Below, in pieces: positions 39,481 through 51,976 of a stretch of DNA of 64,000 nucleotides. The notes beneath the pieces are model-generated. The model had not been told where the DNA came from, searched no databases, and was given only the letters and a program-made list of their open reading frames with translations. Every line of letters begins with the position of its first letter. Positions within the stretch are counted from its first letter, which is position 1. The stretch is from Mobula hypostoma (lineage: Eukaryota). A program made the position numbers and the translations under genes. Location of the stretch: the NCBI RefSeq assembly GCF_963921235.1, contig NC_086108.1:36644001-36708000 (forward strand), given 5' to 3'.

Positions 39481-40605
39481 TTCCTGCTGTACCAAAGGGT
39501 TGTCTTTGAAAACAAAGGCTCTGGCAGACTGATGTGATACCAATAGGGAACATTGGTATCTTCTTTGGCAGAGTGCTGACGTGTTGCTTGATCTCTCTGG
39601 AAACTATATCAGGTATAATGTACATTGACAGAACTAGGCTGGAACACTCATCATAAGATTGAAAAATTAGCACATCCAAATATTTATAACTATCTCTCTA
39701 GAGTTGGACTTCAACCCCTAACATTTGCATTCAAATATGAGAATGCTACATTTGTACATTCTCTCTGTGACTGTGCGTGTTTATCTGGCTGTCCCTACTT
39801 CCTATCTTAATTGATCACCCTGAATTACCCCTTTCTTGTGGTTGAGTGGCATAATCAGGTGTGGGGTGGTGGTTGTGGTGAGGTGAAGATGATGTCGGAA
39901 CAATAACATAAAGGAATTAATGTAGAATGAGTGTAAAATGGTGCTTGGTGGCCAGTGTGGATTTGATGGACCTGTGTCTTTGTCATGTCTCTCTGTGACA
40001 CAATGGTCTTTAAGATTTCTGTATGCCAACAGAGTGTACCATGGACCCACATGTTAGATGTTGGTAAGATTACTCAGTATCTTGTGCTTAGTAATGTGTC
40101 ATCAAAGCAGTTATGCATGTTTTGATTGAGGTAACAAAAATAATTTGGATCCAATGTAGTGAAGACTAACAAATAGTAAGTGACAAAACTAGTTATTTAT
40201 AGTAATTTCTTATGAAAAAGAAAGATAAACAAATGGCTGAATACAGAGCATTCAAGAATAGGCACTTTGGACCATTGCATCTGAGCTGACCCTGTTGTCA
40301 GTCTAAATTAATTCCATCTGCCTTGAATATCTGTATCCCAAAATTCCTGCCTGTTCACATGTCTGTCTAAATGCCTTTCAAACGGTGCTGTTGTATCTGT
40401 TTCTACAATCTCAGTTGGCAACACACACCAGGAACTTGCCACTTACTGTGTAAAACAAAAAAACCTGCCTCATAAGTCTACTTCCAACTTTTTCCTTCTG
40501 ACCTTTAATCTACGCTTTCTAGATTTAACACTTACACCTTGTGGGAAAAGGATTTAGTTATCCACCCTACCTATGCTCCTCATAATTTTGTATACTTCTA
40601 TCAGG

Positions 40606-40852
40606 CCAACTCCGCCATGGATGGTCCCAAGCCTGGCTGTGGAAGGAGGAGGGTTGGGCACGGGGCTAGCGATCCCATCCGTTAAAGCCTAGAGCCATAG
40701 AAATGCCAACAGAAGCTCCAAATATCTTATCCCTGGGAGAGGAAGGATCTTCAAAGATGGACTACACCTCTGGACAACTTGAAAGACTGGCACAGGAAAG
40801 AGGACTCTGGTGAGCTGCTGTTGGTGGCCTATGCCCCAGGCTTAACTGGTAA
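40606..40852 (+). mobile_element. Non-autonomous 247-bp retroelement with twister-ribozyme head and RTE-like 3' tail
   Basis: 8-bp TSD CTATCAGG (40598-40605 and 40853-40860); twister motif at the 5' end; 3' end GCACAGGAAAGAGG…GCTGTTGGTGGCCTATGCCCC…TAAC resembles RTE termini. Confidence 0.75.
40608..40657 (+). ncRNA. Twister ribozyme motif (3' cleavage-product form)
   Basis: AA-CUCC-GC…UGG-U-CCC-AA-GC-CUG…GGAG-GA-GGG-UUGG: P2 CUCC/GGAG, T2 GC/GC, T1 CCC/GGG, conserved GA; P4 weakened by CpG-type changes. Confidence 0.75.
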
Positions 40853-42049
40853 CTATCAGGATACTTGTCAGTCTCTAATGCTCCAGAGAAAACAATACAA
40901 ATTTGTCCACACTCTCTTTAATACATACCAATCTAGGCAATATCCTGGTGAACCTCTTCTGTCCCCTCTCCAAAGTCTCCATACCCTTCCCATAGTGTGA
41001 CAAGCAGAACTACACCCAACACTCCAGATACCCGGGCGCTAAATGGAAAGATTCTTCACACTACTTGGTAGTCTTTGCTTTTCAGGCTAAGATTACTAAA
41101 CTGAAAGCTGACTAAAGTGGATGATGGAGTGTACCAATGATACTTATTTTGCAGTTTTGACTGATTAATGTGATGGAATTTTTCCTCACACTGTTAAATA
41201 CATGAGCTTAAAAATCTGTGGTCTGGTGAATAGTCTGTTGTCTGTGATAACAATTCTGTGTGACTTTCAGTAGTTTGGTGATCTGAGATGTCCCAGTGAT
41301 ATTTGTCTTAATTACCATTATCTCGAGTATATTGCTAATTTGACTCCTGCAAAATATATTAGGTGTGCCACAGAACAATAGGAGTATTGAGCAATTACCA
41401 TTATTATGTTAAACTTGATTCAGATTCTGATCACCGGTATTCACTTTCTTTAACTGTTTCTGTCCTGCCCAGGGGATGCTGTAAACTCAGACGCTGAAAT
41501 CAAACCCACTGCATTCACCAAGAACTTCCTAATGCCAGTGAAGTGTATTTACACCTGTCTCTGATAGGATTTTCCTCTACATATCTGAGAACCATTTGTT
41601 AATGATTTTAATAATAGTGAAGCAATAACTAATTAGAATGTATGTTCCCAATTTCTCAGTCTCTTAATATAGTTAGCTTTCTTCAATTGTATTTCCTCAG
41701 CAATGAAATAATTATCCAGGCTGCATTAATTCCTCATGCAGAAAGTAGCTATTAAAAACTATTTTAGCAGACATCTATATATTAAGCCAAGGTGACTGAT
41801 ACAATTATTAATAGTAATATTACCTACGTTTATTGTGGTTATGATGTTAATAAATAATTATGTTGCCCCAGAGGTTGTTAGTTAATATTTCAATTGCTCT
41901 CCACATATGCTTTGCATTCTCAGTAATCTCAAGCTCTTATTCATCACATAAATCATTTAAAAGACTACTCAGTGCCTGATTAACTATATGCCTGTGAAGT
42001 AAACAGATCTTTCTAAAACATAAAACTTGCAAGCATTACCTTTGAATAG

Positions 42050-42255
42050 CTGGCTGGTCGTGTATTGGCATCTGCACTGGACGTCAAGGGAAGTGGTCCT
42101 GAGTTTGAATCTGGCCGGCTCTTTCACGCTTTCTGTCTGTGCTGGGTTGAGTGTTGAGCTAGCAACCCGGGCTCCTAAAAAACAGATAAATGCTAAAGAA
42201 ACGGCAAGATTGCCATCTGATGCACCACAAGGTGTGGAGAGGAACTAACTAACTT
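42050..42255 (+). mobile_element. tRNA-derived SINE (decayed)
   Basis: tRNA-like head with B-box-like GAGTTTGAATCT; (AACT)n tail. Confidence 0.55.
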
Positions 42256-42340
42256 TCCTACGGATGCATCTTCTTCAAATTCCCCACCCCTGCAGTATTT
42301 TGTTTTTGTAGTGAAAATGAATCACGTCAGAAATAAACAC

Positions 42341-42500
42341 CATAGAACATAGAACATAGAGAACCTACAGCACATTACAGGCCCTTTGGCTCACAATGTT
42401 GTGCCGACCATGTAACCTACTCTAGAATTTCCCTACCACATAGACCTCGATTTTTCTAAGCTCCATGTACTTATCTAAGAGTCTCTTAAAAGACTCTTCT
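42341..42500 (-). mobile_element. Short CR1 3' end
   Basis: (CATAGAA)n tail; similar to 58710-58860. Confidence 0.7.
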
Positions 42501-42567
42501 CAGACTCTCCATCTAATTTCTGATCCAAAGTGAACAGAACTGTGGATTTTCTGAATATCTGTGTTTT

Positions 42568-43250
42568 AGATTATTAGATTAGATTATGAGGACACGCAGT
42601 CCTCTTTTATTGTTATTTAGCAATGCATGCATTAAGAAATGATACAATTTGTTCCTCCAGAATGATATCACAGAAACACAAGACAAACCAAGACTTAAAA
42701 AACTGACAAAAACTACATAATTATAACATATAGTTACAACAGTGCAAGCAATACCGTAATTTGATAGAAGAACAGACCATGGACACAGTAAAAAGTCTTA
42801 GTCTCTCAAAAGTCCCATCATCTCATGCAGATGGTTGAAGGGAGAAACTCTCCCTGCCATGAGCTTTCAGCGCCGCAAACTTGCCGATGCAGCATCCTGG
42901 AAGCACCCAACCACAGTCCAACTCCGAGTCCGTCCAAAAACATTGAGCTTCCGACCAGCTCTCAGACACCGAGCACCGAGCACCATCTCTGCCGAGTGCT
43001 TCGACCCCGGCCCCGGCAACAGGCAATAGGCAAAGCCGAGTATTTGGGGCCTTCCCTCCAGAGATTCTCGATCGCACAGTAGCAGCGGCAGCGAAGCGGG
43101 CATTTCAAAAGTTTCTCCAGATATCCCTCCGTGCTTCTTACGGCTGTCTCCATCAAATCAGGATTGTGTATGGCATCCTAGTTCACAAATACGTTATCGT
43201 TCGGAGTGGCAGCATGCTCTGCGTCCCACCACCATCTTTTCTTCCCCCTT
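42568..43250 (-). mobile_element. Non-autonomous retroelement family A, second copy
   Basis: Reverse complement of 2610-3246 including the GAGGAC/GTCCTC hairpin and (TAATC)n tail. Confidence 0.78.
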
Positions 43251-43299
43251 CTTTTGGTTTCCATACGGAAGTCTTGAAGTTCTGGAGTGCATAAATTCC

Positions 43300-43742
43300 T
43301 CAGGAGAGCTAAAGAAATTTGGTATATCTTACCAATTTTTATGGATGCATCACAGCTTGGTAAGCAACTTGCTCCGGCTGAGACTGCGAGAAGTTGTGGG
43401 GTTGTGAAGGTAGCCCAATCCAGAATGCAAACCCCTCTTCCCTTCCTTTGACTCAATCTGCACTTTCCTCTTCTTTGGGAAAGCAGCAAACGTAATCAAG
43501 GACCCTGCCCACCCTGCTCTTTCTCTCTTCTCTCCTCTCTCCTCAAGCAGGAGATGCCAAGGCCTGAGAGCACAAAGTACCCGACTGAAAGGCAGCTTCC
43601 ATCCTACTGTTATCTGACTTCTTGAATGGACCTCTCATACTCTAAATGATGAATTCTTGGTCTTCCTATTCACTTTGTTGTGGCCCTTGTATTTTATTTG
43701 TCTATCTGCCCTGTGCTTTCTCTGCTCTGTAATATGCATTTT
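43300..43742 (+). mobile_element. Decayed Rex1-like 3' fragment
   Basis: GGATGCATCACAGCTTGG…GGAAAGCAGC…ATCAAGGACCC…CAGCTTCCATCC, resembling 14020-14330. Confidence 0.6.
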
Positions 43743-43753
43743 GTTTTCTCATT

Positions 43754-45265
43754 CATCATCATCATCATCAGGTCCCGTGCCCAGTCTGAGCTTTGACTGC
43801 CATGGCCCACACACTCCTGTTTCCGGTCAAGTGGATCAATTCATTGGTATTCATTTCCAGTTCTCTGGCTGCTGTCTCCATCATCATTTGTCTTTGTCTT
43901 CCTCTTTCTTTCTTCCCTTCAATCTTTCCTATAATTATCATGCCTTCTAACTCCTCTTTCCTAATCACATGTCCAATGAAGTCACGTTGCCTTTTCATGA
44001 TCTCATACATTATTTCTCTTTTGGTGTTTGCTCTGTTCATGACATCTTCATTAGATATTCGTTTCGTTCATGATATTCTTTGCATCCTCCTCAAAAAACC
44101 ACATCTCTGCTGCTTCAATTCATTTCCTCGTTACCAGGTATTGTCCAACATTCTGAGCCATATAACATAACTGGATAAACGTAACATTTCAGTACTCTGA
44201 GGCGGGTTGTCATGCCTAGTTTAGTGTTGGTCAGTATATTTTTCATTCTCATTAAGGTGTCTTTTGCCATCCCTATTCTTCTTTTGATGTCCATGTCGCA
44301 CCTGCCATCTGATGTTACCCAGCTTCCTAAGTAGCAAAAGTTCTGTACTTATTTTATGTCTTCCCCGTTTATTTTCAGCCTGCAGATAGGATTCTCCTTC
44401 TTTTTGGATATCACCATACATTCTGTCTTTTTGTAATTGATAGATTGACCCATTTTTGCACTTTCTTCAACAACTATGTGTGGCACGTGGCCAAGTAGTT
44501 AGGGCATTGGACTAATGATCTGAAGGTCGTGAGTTTGTGCCACAGCTGAGGCAGCGTGTTGTGTCCTTGAGCAAGGCACTTAACAACATTGCTCCAGTCC
44601 ACCCAGCTGAAAATGGGTACTGGCAAAATATTGGGGGTTAACCTCACGATAGACTGGCATCCTATCCGGGGGGGGGGTGGGGGGGGGTGTGGGGGGAGTC
44701 TCGTACTCTCAGTCGTTTCATGCCACGGAAACCAGTATAAGCACTGGCCTGATGGGCCACAAGGCTCATGATGGACTTTAACTTTAACTTCAACAACTAT
44801 ATCAATTAAGTTTTGTAGTTCTTCCTCTGTACTTGCAATTAGCACAGTGTCATCCGCATATCTAAAATTATTGGTGTTTTCACCGCCAGCTTTGATTCCC
44901 AAGGTGGCTCTTAGTTTTTGTAATATTGTTTCACTGTACACATTAAACAAATCAGGGGAGAAAACACACCCTTGTCTAGCACCTCTCTTGATTTTCGTAA
45001 ACTGACACACTTCTCCATTTATTCTTACTGTGGCAGTATGTTCCCAGTACAGATTTCTGATTAGGCAGAGGTCTTTCGAATCTAGATCTGCCATTAGCCT
45101 TCAGTTGTATCCTGAGCAGGAACCCTTGCAGGTGCTACCGTTCCGGGTCAGAGCGGCCCTGGGAGCAATGAATGACTAAGGGGTAGCTCCACTTTCCCTG
45201 AAGCTCTGAAAGTCCCAAATCAGAGCCTCATCACCAGTCGCAGTTTAGAGTCATACCCAGGACTC
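43754..45265 (-). mobile_element. Internally deleted RTE-clade LINE: 5' leader fused to RT C-terminal half, (GAT)n tail
   Basis: 11-bp TSD GTTTTCTCATT (43743-43753 and 45266-45276); GARQGCVFSPDLFNVYSE, NNFRYADDT, FIGHVIRKEELE…GKIEGKKERGRQR. Confidence 0.9.
44478..44787 (+). mobile_element. tRNA-derived SINE nested in the RTE
   Basis: 13-bp TSD CTTCAACAACTAT (44465-44477 and 44788-44800); A box TGGCCAAGTAGTTAG and decayed B box; (ACTTTA)n tail. Confidence 0.88.
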
Positions 45266-46233
45266 GTTTTCTCATTACTACTTGCTATAATTAGATATAG
45301 CACTATTGGTCTGGAAGGCTTGAAAATCAAGAAGGTTTTCACGGTATCTTGGCACATGTGATTTTAATAATAAGCCAATACTGAAGTTTGTATTTAAAAC
45401 AGTCATAGGGTGACAGAGCAGGGAAACAAGTGCCCCGTCACGCCCATGTTGACTGTACAGCACCCATTTATACTATTCTACTTTATTCACTTCACATTCC
45501 AGTCAACTCCTTCCAGATCCCATCACCTCTCTACGCATTCAGGGCACTTCAGTGGCCATTTAACTTACTAACCATGCGTGGTTTGGATGTGGAACCGGGG
45601 AATCGAAAGAAAACCCATTAAGTCACAGAGAGAATGTGTAGGCTCCACCCAGACAGTACTCGAGCTCAGCAATGAACCCAAGTTACTGGAGCCGTAAGGT
45701 AATAGCTCTGTAAGCTGCTACATAATTATTAAGCTGCTTAATTACTTATCTGGTGCTTGTGAGCTATGAACTAATTGAATAATTATGTAGGCTCGAGGGG
45801 ATGAATGGTCTTGTATGATTGTCCTTTCCTATCATTATATGCTCTTAATTGGGAAAAAGATCAAAGGTCTGAATACTGCTTGTCACTATAATCGGCGGGA
45901 TCAAATTCCCTGGGAGAGTATTACATGGATTCTCCACTGATACTAATTAATCTGCATGAGTCTGGGGACGTGAATTTCCTACTATCTCATTTACAGCTTC
46001 TGCCCAAACCTTTGGAGTTGCTGGCAGGCTAATAATTTGTCAAGGTGTCCATTTCAAAACAGGGAATATCTTGCACTACAATACCTAATATTTGCCTGTG
46101 TAAAGGGGAATAAATGCCAAATTTCTGCTAGTATCAGGGAAATTGAATGAGGAAATATAGTTGGGCTCGAGAGGAATAAGTCTGTGTGCCAGCCTGATAT
46201 CAATTAGACTGTGGCTTCTCAAACACTTTTGAA

Positions 46234-46387
46234 ATATTACACACTCAAATCTACATATTACACACTCAAATCTACATATATTAAACACTCAGATCTACAT
46301 AATACACATTCAAATCTACATATTACACACTCAAATCTACATATTGAACACTCAGATCTACATAATACACACTCAAATCTACATATT
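46234..46387. repeat. Minisatellite, about 7 copies of a 21-bp unit ATTACACACTCAAATCTACAT
   Basis: Direct reading of tandem units. Confidence 0.9.
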
Positions 46388-47131
46388 GCCTCTGGTTCCA
46401 CTTAAGGGTGTTACAGATCTCAGGATATTAGGAATAAAAAAAGTGAACACCAGGGAATGAAAACTAAATCACTGGAATCCCACAGCACATGCATTAGCAA
46501 CAAATTTTAATAAAGCTGGGACTTTGAAATTAGTATAAGTAAGCCAGCTGCTTCTCTGAATTACGTTATGAATTGAACTATTGAGGAATTTCAAAATGCT
46601 TTGCATTGCAAAGAAAGGGTAAATTTACAACAATTAACAGCAATCAATTTGAGGTTTAGCATTTATATTCTTTCATTCACTATTTGAATGAATATCCAAA
46701 AGACAGGTTCTCTATTCACAATTCAAACATCCTTCTTTATTTTGTGTGTTGGAATTCTTAGGCCTTAGGAGTAAATTTTAAATTAGTATGAATTATGAAA
46801 AAGATAATTATGTACAAAGATCCATTGATGCTGCGAATTCGGAGCTGCTGTGAAGCAAATTTAGTTTTGTATTCATATCAGAACTACAGTTGCTACCTGA
46901 TCTGACTTCTGAATATCACTCTCTGATGGTGATGGTCTCATTTCACCACCAGTCTGGCAGTGTGTTGAATGCAAATACAATGCTAAGTCAAACCTGGTGC
47001 GTGAAGTTCTCAAGGCGCTTTTTTCCAGAATCATAACTAGGTTTAATATCACCACATACATCATGACATTTGATGTTTTGTGGCAGTACAGTGCAATACA
47101 TAAAATTGCATTAAGTTACAATGAAATATAA

Positions 47132-47177
47132 AGTGTGTATGTGTGTGTGTATGTGTGTGTATATATATATATATATA
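47132..47177. repeat. (TG)n(TA)n compound microsatellite
   Basis: gtgtgtatgtgtgtgtgtatgtgtgtgtatatatatatatatata. Confidence 0.9.
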
Positions 47178-48199
47178 AAACATAATATATAATATGTATA
47201 ATGTAAATTAAATTAATTAGGTTGATTGTTTCTTGATTGATCAGGGCATGAAGGCAGGAGATTGGGCTGACAGGAAAACTGGATCTGCCATGATGAAATG
47301 ACAGAGCAGTCTCAATGGGCAAATGGCCTAATTCTGCTCCTATATTTCATATTTTATGTTTTATATTTTATGTCCATATGGTAAAAAGAGAGGAGAAGTA
47401 CTGTTTGTGGTTTGATTCCTATAGGATGTGATAACCCATTTGCCATATGAAGTGGGTGGTATTTTGAAGAACAAAGATGGGAACTTGGTAACATTTATCC
47501 ACCAAGTAATGGGACCCAACAGTTTAGCTAGTCATTATCATTTCGATGTTTATGGGACAAACCAATATGCAAAATGGCTGGCATGTCCCCTTTATTAGAA
47601 AAGTAAAAACTTTGAAAGTTAGTCTCCACTTGTTAAAATACATTTTGTATAAACTTGAGGTAGTGAGAAATGCCATTTAAATGCTAATTAATGTTTTTAT
47701 GTAACCACGTGACCGTAGTAGTCACTTTGCTGATCAAAATGGTTTAATTTAAAGAATTAGAAATACATAGCCCCTCACTATTTTGACCACCTCCAATCTT
47801 AACTGCTCATTACTGTTAAATTTCTACTTGTGACTGAGTGCCGATCTCTCACTTCCAAAGGTTTGTCTGAATATTCTGCAATTTACATCCAGCGTCAAAT
47901 ATGATCACAAATCAAACAGGAAATATAAAGAATTGCATCAATCTACTATAAGTGGTATTCAGTCACATCTCTTTGGTTTTTTATGATTTTCTATTAAACA
48001 ATATTCAAAATGCATCTCCATTCATGAGGCTACATTACCCACACACTTCAGAGCGAGATTCCAGCTGCTGTTTTTCACCCACATCAGGAAACAAATTGTT
48101 TTCCCTGATACTTATCACAAATTTTGGAGAGTTGTCTTTTAATGTATCTCTTCAGATTCCTGGTCTGCGTTCACTTTTTCTTCAAACCCAGCTGAGTGG

Positions 48200-48450
48200 C
48201 AGAGAGATGCAGCTTACTGAGCTGCTGCTTCAGAACTCACAGCTCCAGTGAGCCAAGTTCAAGCCTAACATCTGGTGCATCATCTCCTCCTGACTGCAGA
48301 GATTCCCTCTGCATATTCCAGTTTCCTCGCACATCCCAAAGGGTTGCAGCTCTGAAGCAAATTGTTCCAATGTGTAGGTGTGCTGGGACAAGCCGATGGG
48401 AATATAGGGAGAACAAAGGTGGGATTAGTGGTAATTTCCGAGCCTCTCTG
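48200..48450 (+). mobile_element. Decayed tRNA-derived (HE1/V-type) SINE
   Basis: tRNA-like head (GCTGCTGC…CACAGCTCCAGTGAGCCAAGTTCAAGCC) followed by CCAGTTTCCTCGCACATCCCAAAG. Confidence 0.5.
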
Positions 48451-48536
48451 ATTTGGAAGAGAAAGAAAGAATGCCAGATGATGATCTCCAAGTATACTGT
48501 GCCCACCTGGGTGAGCTGCATAACGACATGTCAGAG

Positions 48537-49170
48537 AGATTTATGGATCTTCTCTCGATCCAAATTCAGATTGGGTAATAAATCCATTCCTGAACACTTA
48601 TGATGAGGAATTAACAGGAAGGATGGAGGAAGAATTGATTTAGCTACAAACTAACTTTGAGCTGAAGCTGAGGTTCAAGAAAATCATATCAAGACTTTTG
48701 GTTGCAGAAAGACATCTGCTCTGCTCAAAAAGGTCAAAATGTTCTTTATTGCCTTTCCAACGTTATATTTAGTGGAGTGCTGTTTCAGTGAATCCACCCA
48801 ACTTCTTTCAAAACAAAGAACCAGACTACAAATTACTGAACGTGGGGATCTGAGCCCCCTTGTGAATGACGTTCAGCCAGGTGTTGAGAAGCTGATATCA
48901 CTGCACCAAGCCCATCCATCTCACTGAAAGGAGAAAAAGCAATGAAGTCGTGAATAGTTGGACTACAAATTGCTCTAAAATTGTTGATGAAAATAATTTT
49001 CAACGTAGTTAAATAAATAAACTATTTTGTTTGTTCCTTTGAATAGATTTGAATGATATTTGAAATTATTTGTCATGGCTTTGCATTTTCAGTTCCTACT
49101 TTCTTTTACTGTGCATTGTAATCAAACTTCTTTATAGTTTTTATATAATGCCCACAAAGGGAGAGGAGGG
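48537..49170 (+). mobile_element. hAT transposase C-terminal (dimerisation domain) relic
   Basis: ORF 48739-48927 reads FIAFPTLYLVECCFS…KQRTRLQITERGDL. Confidence 0.8.
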
Positions 49171-49459
49171 AGCTGTTAATATACATATATATGATTACTC
49201 TATTTCAGTTTTTTCCCCATATTTATCATGTATTGCATTGTACTGCTGCCGCAAAGTTAATGAAGTTCACAACAGGTGCTGGTGATATTAAACCTGATTC
49301 TGTTTCTGAGGTTCCTCTGAGCATCATGACGGGGAAATATTATCACTGTTTCTTCATCATCAGTGGGTCCAGGTCTTAGAACACCTTCTTTACCAGAATT
49401 ATGAGATCTCCTTCACCAAGATTGCTGTGACTCACCACTAACTTCTCGAGATGATTAAA

Positions 49460-50237
49460 CAAAGGCAAGGGCAAGCAGAACAAGTGCCACACCTGCTCCT
49501 GCACCCCCTCTCTCACTACCATTCAGGGCCCCAAACAGTCCTTCTAGGTGAGGCGACACTTGACCTGTTAGCCTGTTGGGGTTCAGTGTGTTCAGTGTGG
49601 CCTCCTGTAGATCAGTGAGGCCCGATGTAAATTGGGAGACTGCTTCACCGAGCACCTATGCTCCATGGCCAGAAAAAGCGGAATCTCCCAATTGCCACCC
49701 ATTTTAATTCCACTTCCCGTTCCCATTCTGATATGTCCTTCCATGGCCACCTCCACTGTTGTGATGAGGCCACACTTAGGTTGGAGGAACAACACCTTAT
49801 ATTCTGTTTGGGTAGCAGCCTCCAACCTGATGGCATGAACATCGATCTCTCGAATTTCTGGTAATGCCCCCAACCCCTCCTCCTTCACCATTTCCTATCC
49901 CCTTTTCCCTCTCTCACCTTACCCTCTTGTCCATCCATCACTTCCCTCTGGTGCTCCTCTCCCCGTTATCTTTCTTCCGTGGTCTTCTGTCTCTTTCACC
50001 AATTAACTTCCCAGCTCTTTACTTCATCCCTTCATCTCCATGTTTCACCTATCAGCTTGTGTTTCTCTCTCCCATCCCCCCACCTTTGAAATCAACTCCT
50101 CATCTTTTTTTCTCCAGTCTCAGCCCGAAACGTCGACTGTACTCTTTTCCTAGATGATGCCTGCCCTGCTGAGTTCCTCCAGCATTTTGTGTGTGTTGCT
50201 CAGATTTCCAGCATCTGCAGATTTTCTCTTGTTTGTC
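49460..50237 (+). mobile_element. Penelope-like 3' fragment; hammerhead core deleted
   Basis: ORF 49658-49864 reads ATHFNSTSRSHSDM…LEEQHLIFCLGS…QPDGMNID; tail CAGTCTCAGCCCGAAACGTCGACT lacks CTGANGA. Confidence 0.85.
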
Positions 50238-51160
50238 AAGGGTGAGTACTCATGCCATGAAAAAATATGTACATGATAAAATGTATTCGGTGGGATTTGT
50301 GTAGATCACAAAACGCAAGTTCTGAAAAACCATACCATGATAAAATATTTATTTACTGGAAGATATTTTTATACTGAAGGAAATGTGGATGATGTTAGTT
50401 CAGTACTTTCCTTAGATTATTGGCATATCACCTATTGCCCAGTTTCCACATTTCAAATCCAGCAGAATGGGTGAGATAGTAAATTCTTGTTTATATGAAC
50501 AGTGGCTTCCTGGAGGGTTTTCCCACCCTACTGCTTTTTAATTTTTTTTTACCACATATGCAATGTATTAACACATCCAGATGAGTTCTGGGATCATTTT
50601 TATCTTGTATTGCAACTTAACTTATCTGCTATATATATATTATCATTTTACTCAATGATTATTGAAAGATAAAATCTGTTAAGTACTGAAATATTTTAAT
50701 AAACTGTATTTTGAAGATTTCACAGCGGGGAGAGAGAAATTTAGAAGTATTTTATGTTAGTTCTTAAACTGTGAAACTGGAAAGAAAAAGTATAGTAAAA
50801 ATTGTAGGCTGATCTTTTTTTGTTTACTTCACTGACTTTGAGTACAGCCTGGAGGTATATTGAAGGATGGAAATCTCATTTTGGGTGAAATTAGATGTGA
50901 AATGGAGTAGTTCCTAACTGTGAGTCCATCTGCAACCTACAAAATGCCCAATGTGGTTCTGTCAAGCCCAATTGGTTTGGACAATATGGTCTGATTTGTC
51001 ACTTGGTTTGTGGATTTTTAGTTTCTGCAAAATAATATTTTGCAAAATGTTATTGTTATGGTTGTGCTTCGTGATTGGGGTTAATTGTTATCATTTGGGT
51101 TGATAATGGAATCAGCTGCTATATATCCTATCTCATGATGTAAAATAATATTGAAAAACG

Positions 51161-51976
51161 CAGTGGATTCTGGTTAGTTGGGACACGTTGGTACATTTTG
51201 GCCCAATTAAATTGTTGTCCCAATTATCCAAAGTTTCATGGAAATAGTTAAAAGGTATAGAAAAGCCAAACTACTGTTTAACTGAGTAACAATTTATGTA
51301 TTAAAATGAAATACAGAACAAATTAGAACACTATCAATACCTCCACCATACCAAAAAGCTGTGTTTTAGTTCCTAATATTAATCAATGGATGAATTTATA
51401 TGTGATGTTCTTTTGATTGACTGCAAATGAACAAAGTTATCACAGGCACATAGTGAAGATAATGGACTGCCTTCATGCGATGCTTTAGATAATTGGTTCC
51501 TCCACATCTTCATGTTCATTGCAACATTCAGGATGGTTGTCGATACCTTCATAGGTCCTAACTTGGTGAAGTAGTGAAATCGTTTCATTTTCACTCTTGG
51601 CTGTTTCTGGCATCTCCAAGCCTGTATGCTTGAAACCATGGTGAGTAAAATAGTGCCACATTGTTTTACTGTTTATTTCTTGCCACCTATCAGTGACAGA
51701 AATCACTGCTTTTTGAACACGAACACAAGGAACTGACACTATTTAAAAACTGATCGCTCTAAGCACAATAGTGTCTAACGACCATGCTAATGTTTGTGAC
51801 TGACGCTAGTTAAAAATTGTTTGGTAATAGTCTCCTGCCCAATTAAATGACATAGTGTCCCAAATAAACTAAGGGAATCCTGGCTATTTTCTTGATTTAC
51901 TTTTTATTCATGAAGAGTTGTCTCAAATAAACGGTTGCTCCGTTTAACCGATGGCCCAATTAACTGGAATCCACTG
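51161..51976 (-). mobile_element. Tc1/mariner (pogo/Tigger-like) internally deleted element
   Basis: TIRs CAGTGGATTCTGGTTAGTTGGG / CCCAATTAACTGGAATCCACTG followed by TA; minus ORF reads KAVISVTDRWQEINSKTMWHYFTHHGF. Confidence 0.8.

Larger units (their letters stand above)
40250..41030 (-). mobile_element. Old CR1 3' fragment, host of the twister-headed insertion
   Basis: Similar to 58720-59250 (…CATAATTTTGTATACTTCTATCAGG…CTCCAGAGAAAA…CAGAACT). Confidence 0.7.

Noticed and set aside
41440..41565. Acceptor-like site followed by a short open frame
   Set aside because: No recognisable product or donor site; not supportable without transcript data.
44478..44550. tRNA gene
   Set aside because: It is the head of a TSD-flanked SINE with a decayed B box and no full cloverleaf.
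45120..45265. Pistol or hammerhead call for the RTE leader
   Set aside because: Only a loose topological resemblance: long insertions break the pistol spacing, the implied cut would remove the leader, and UGAUGA…GAAA lacks the core C and has extra bases.
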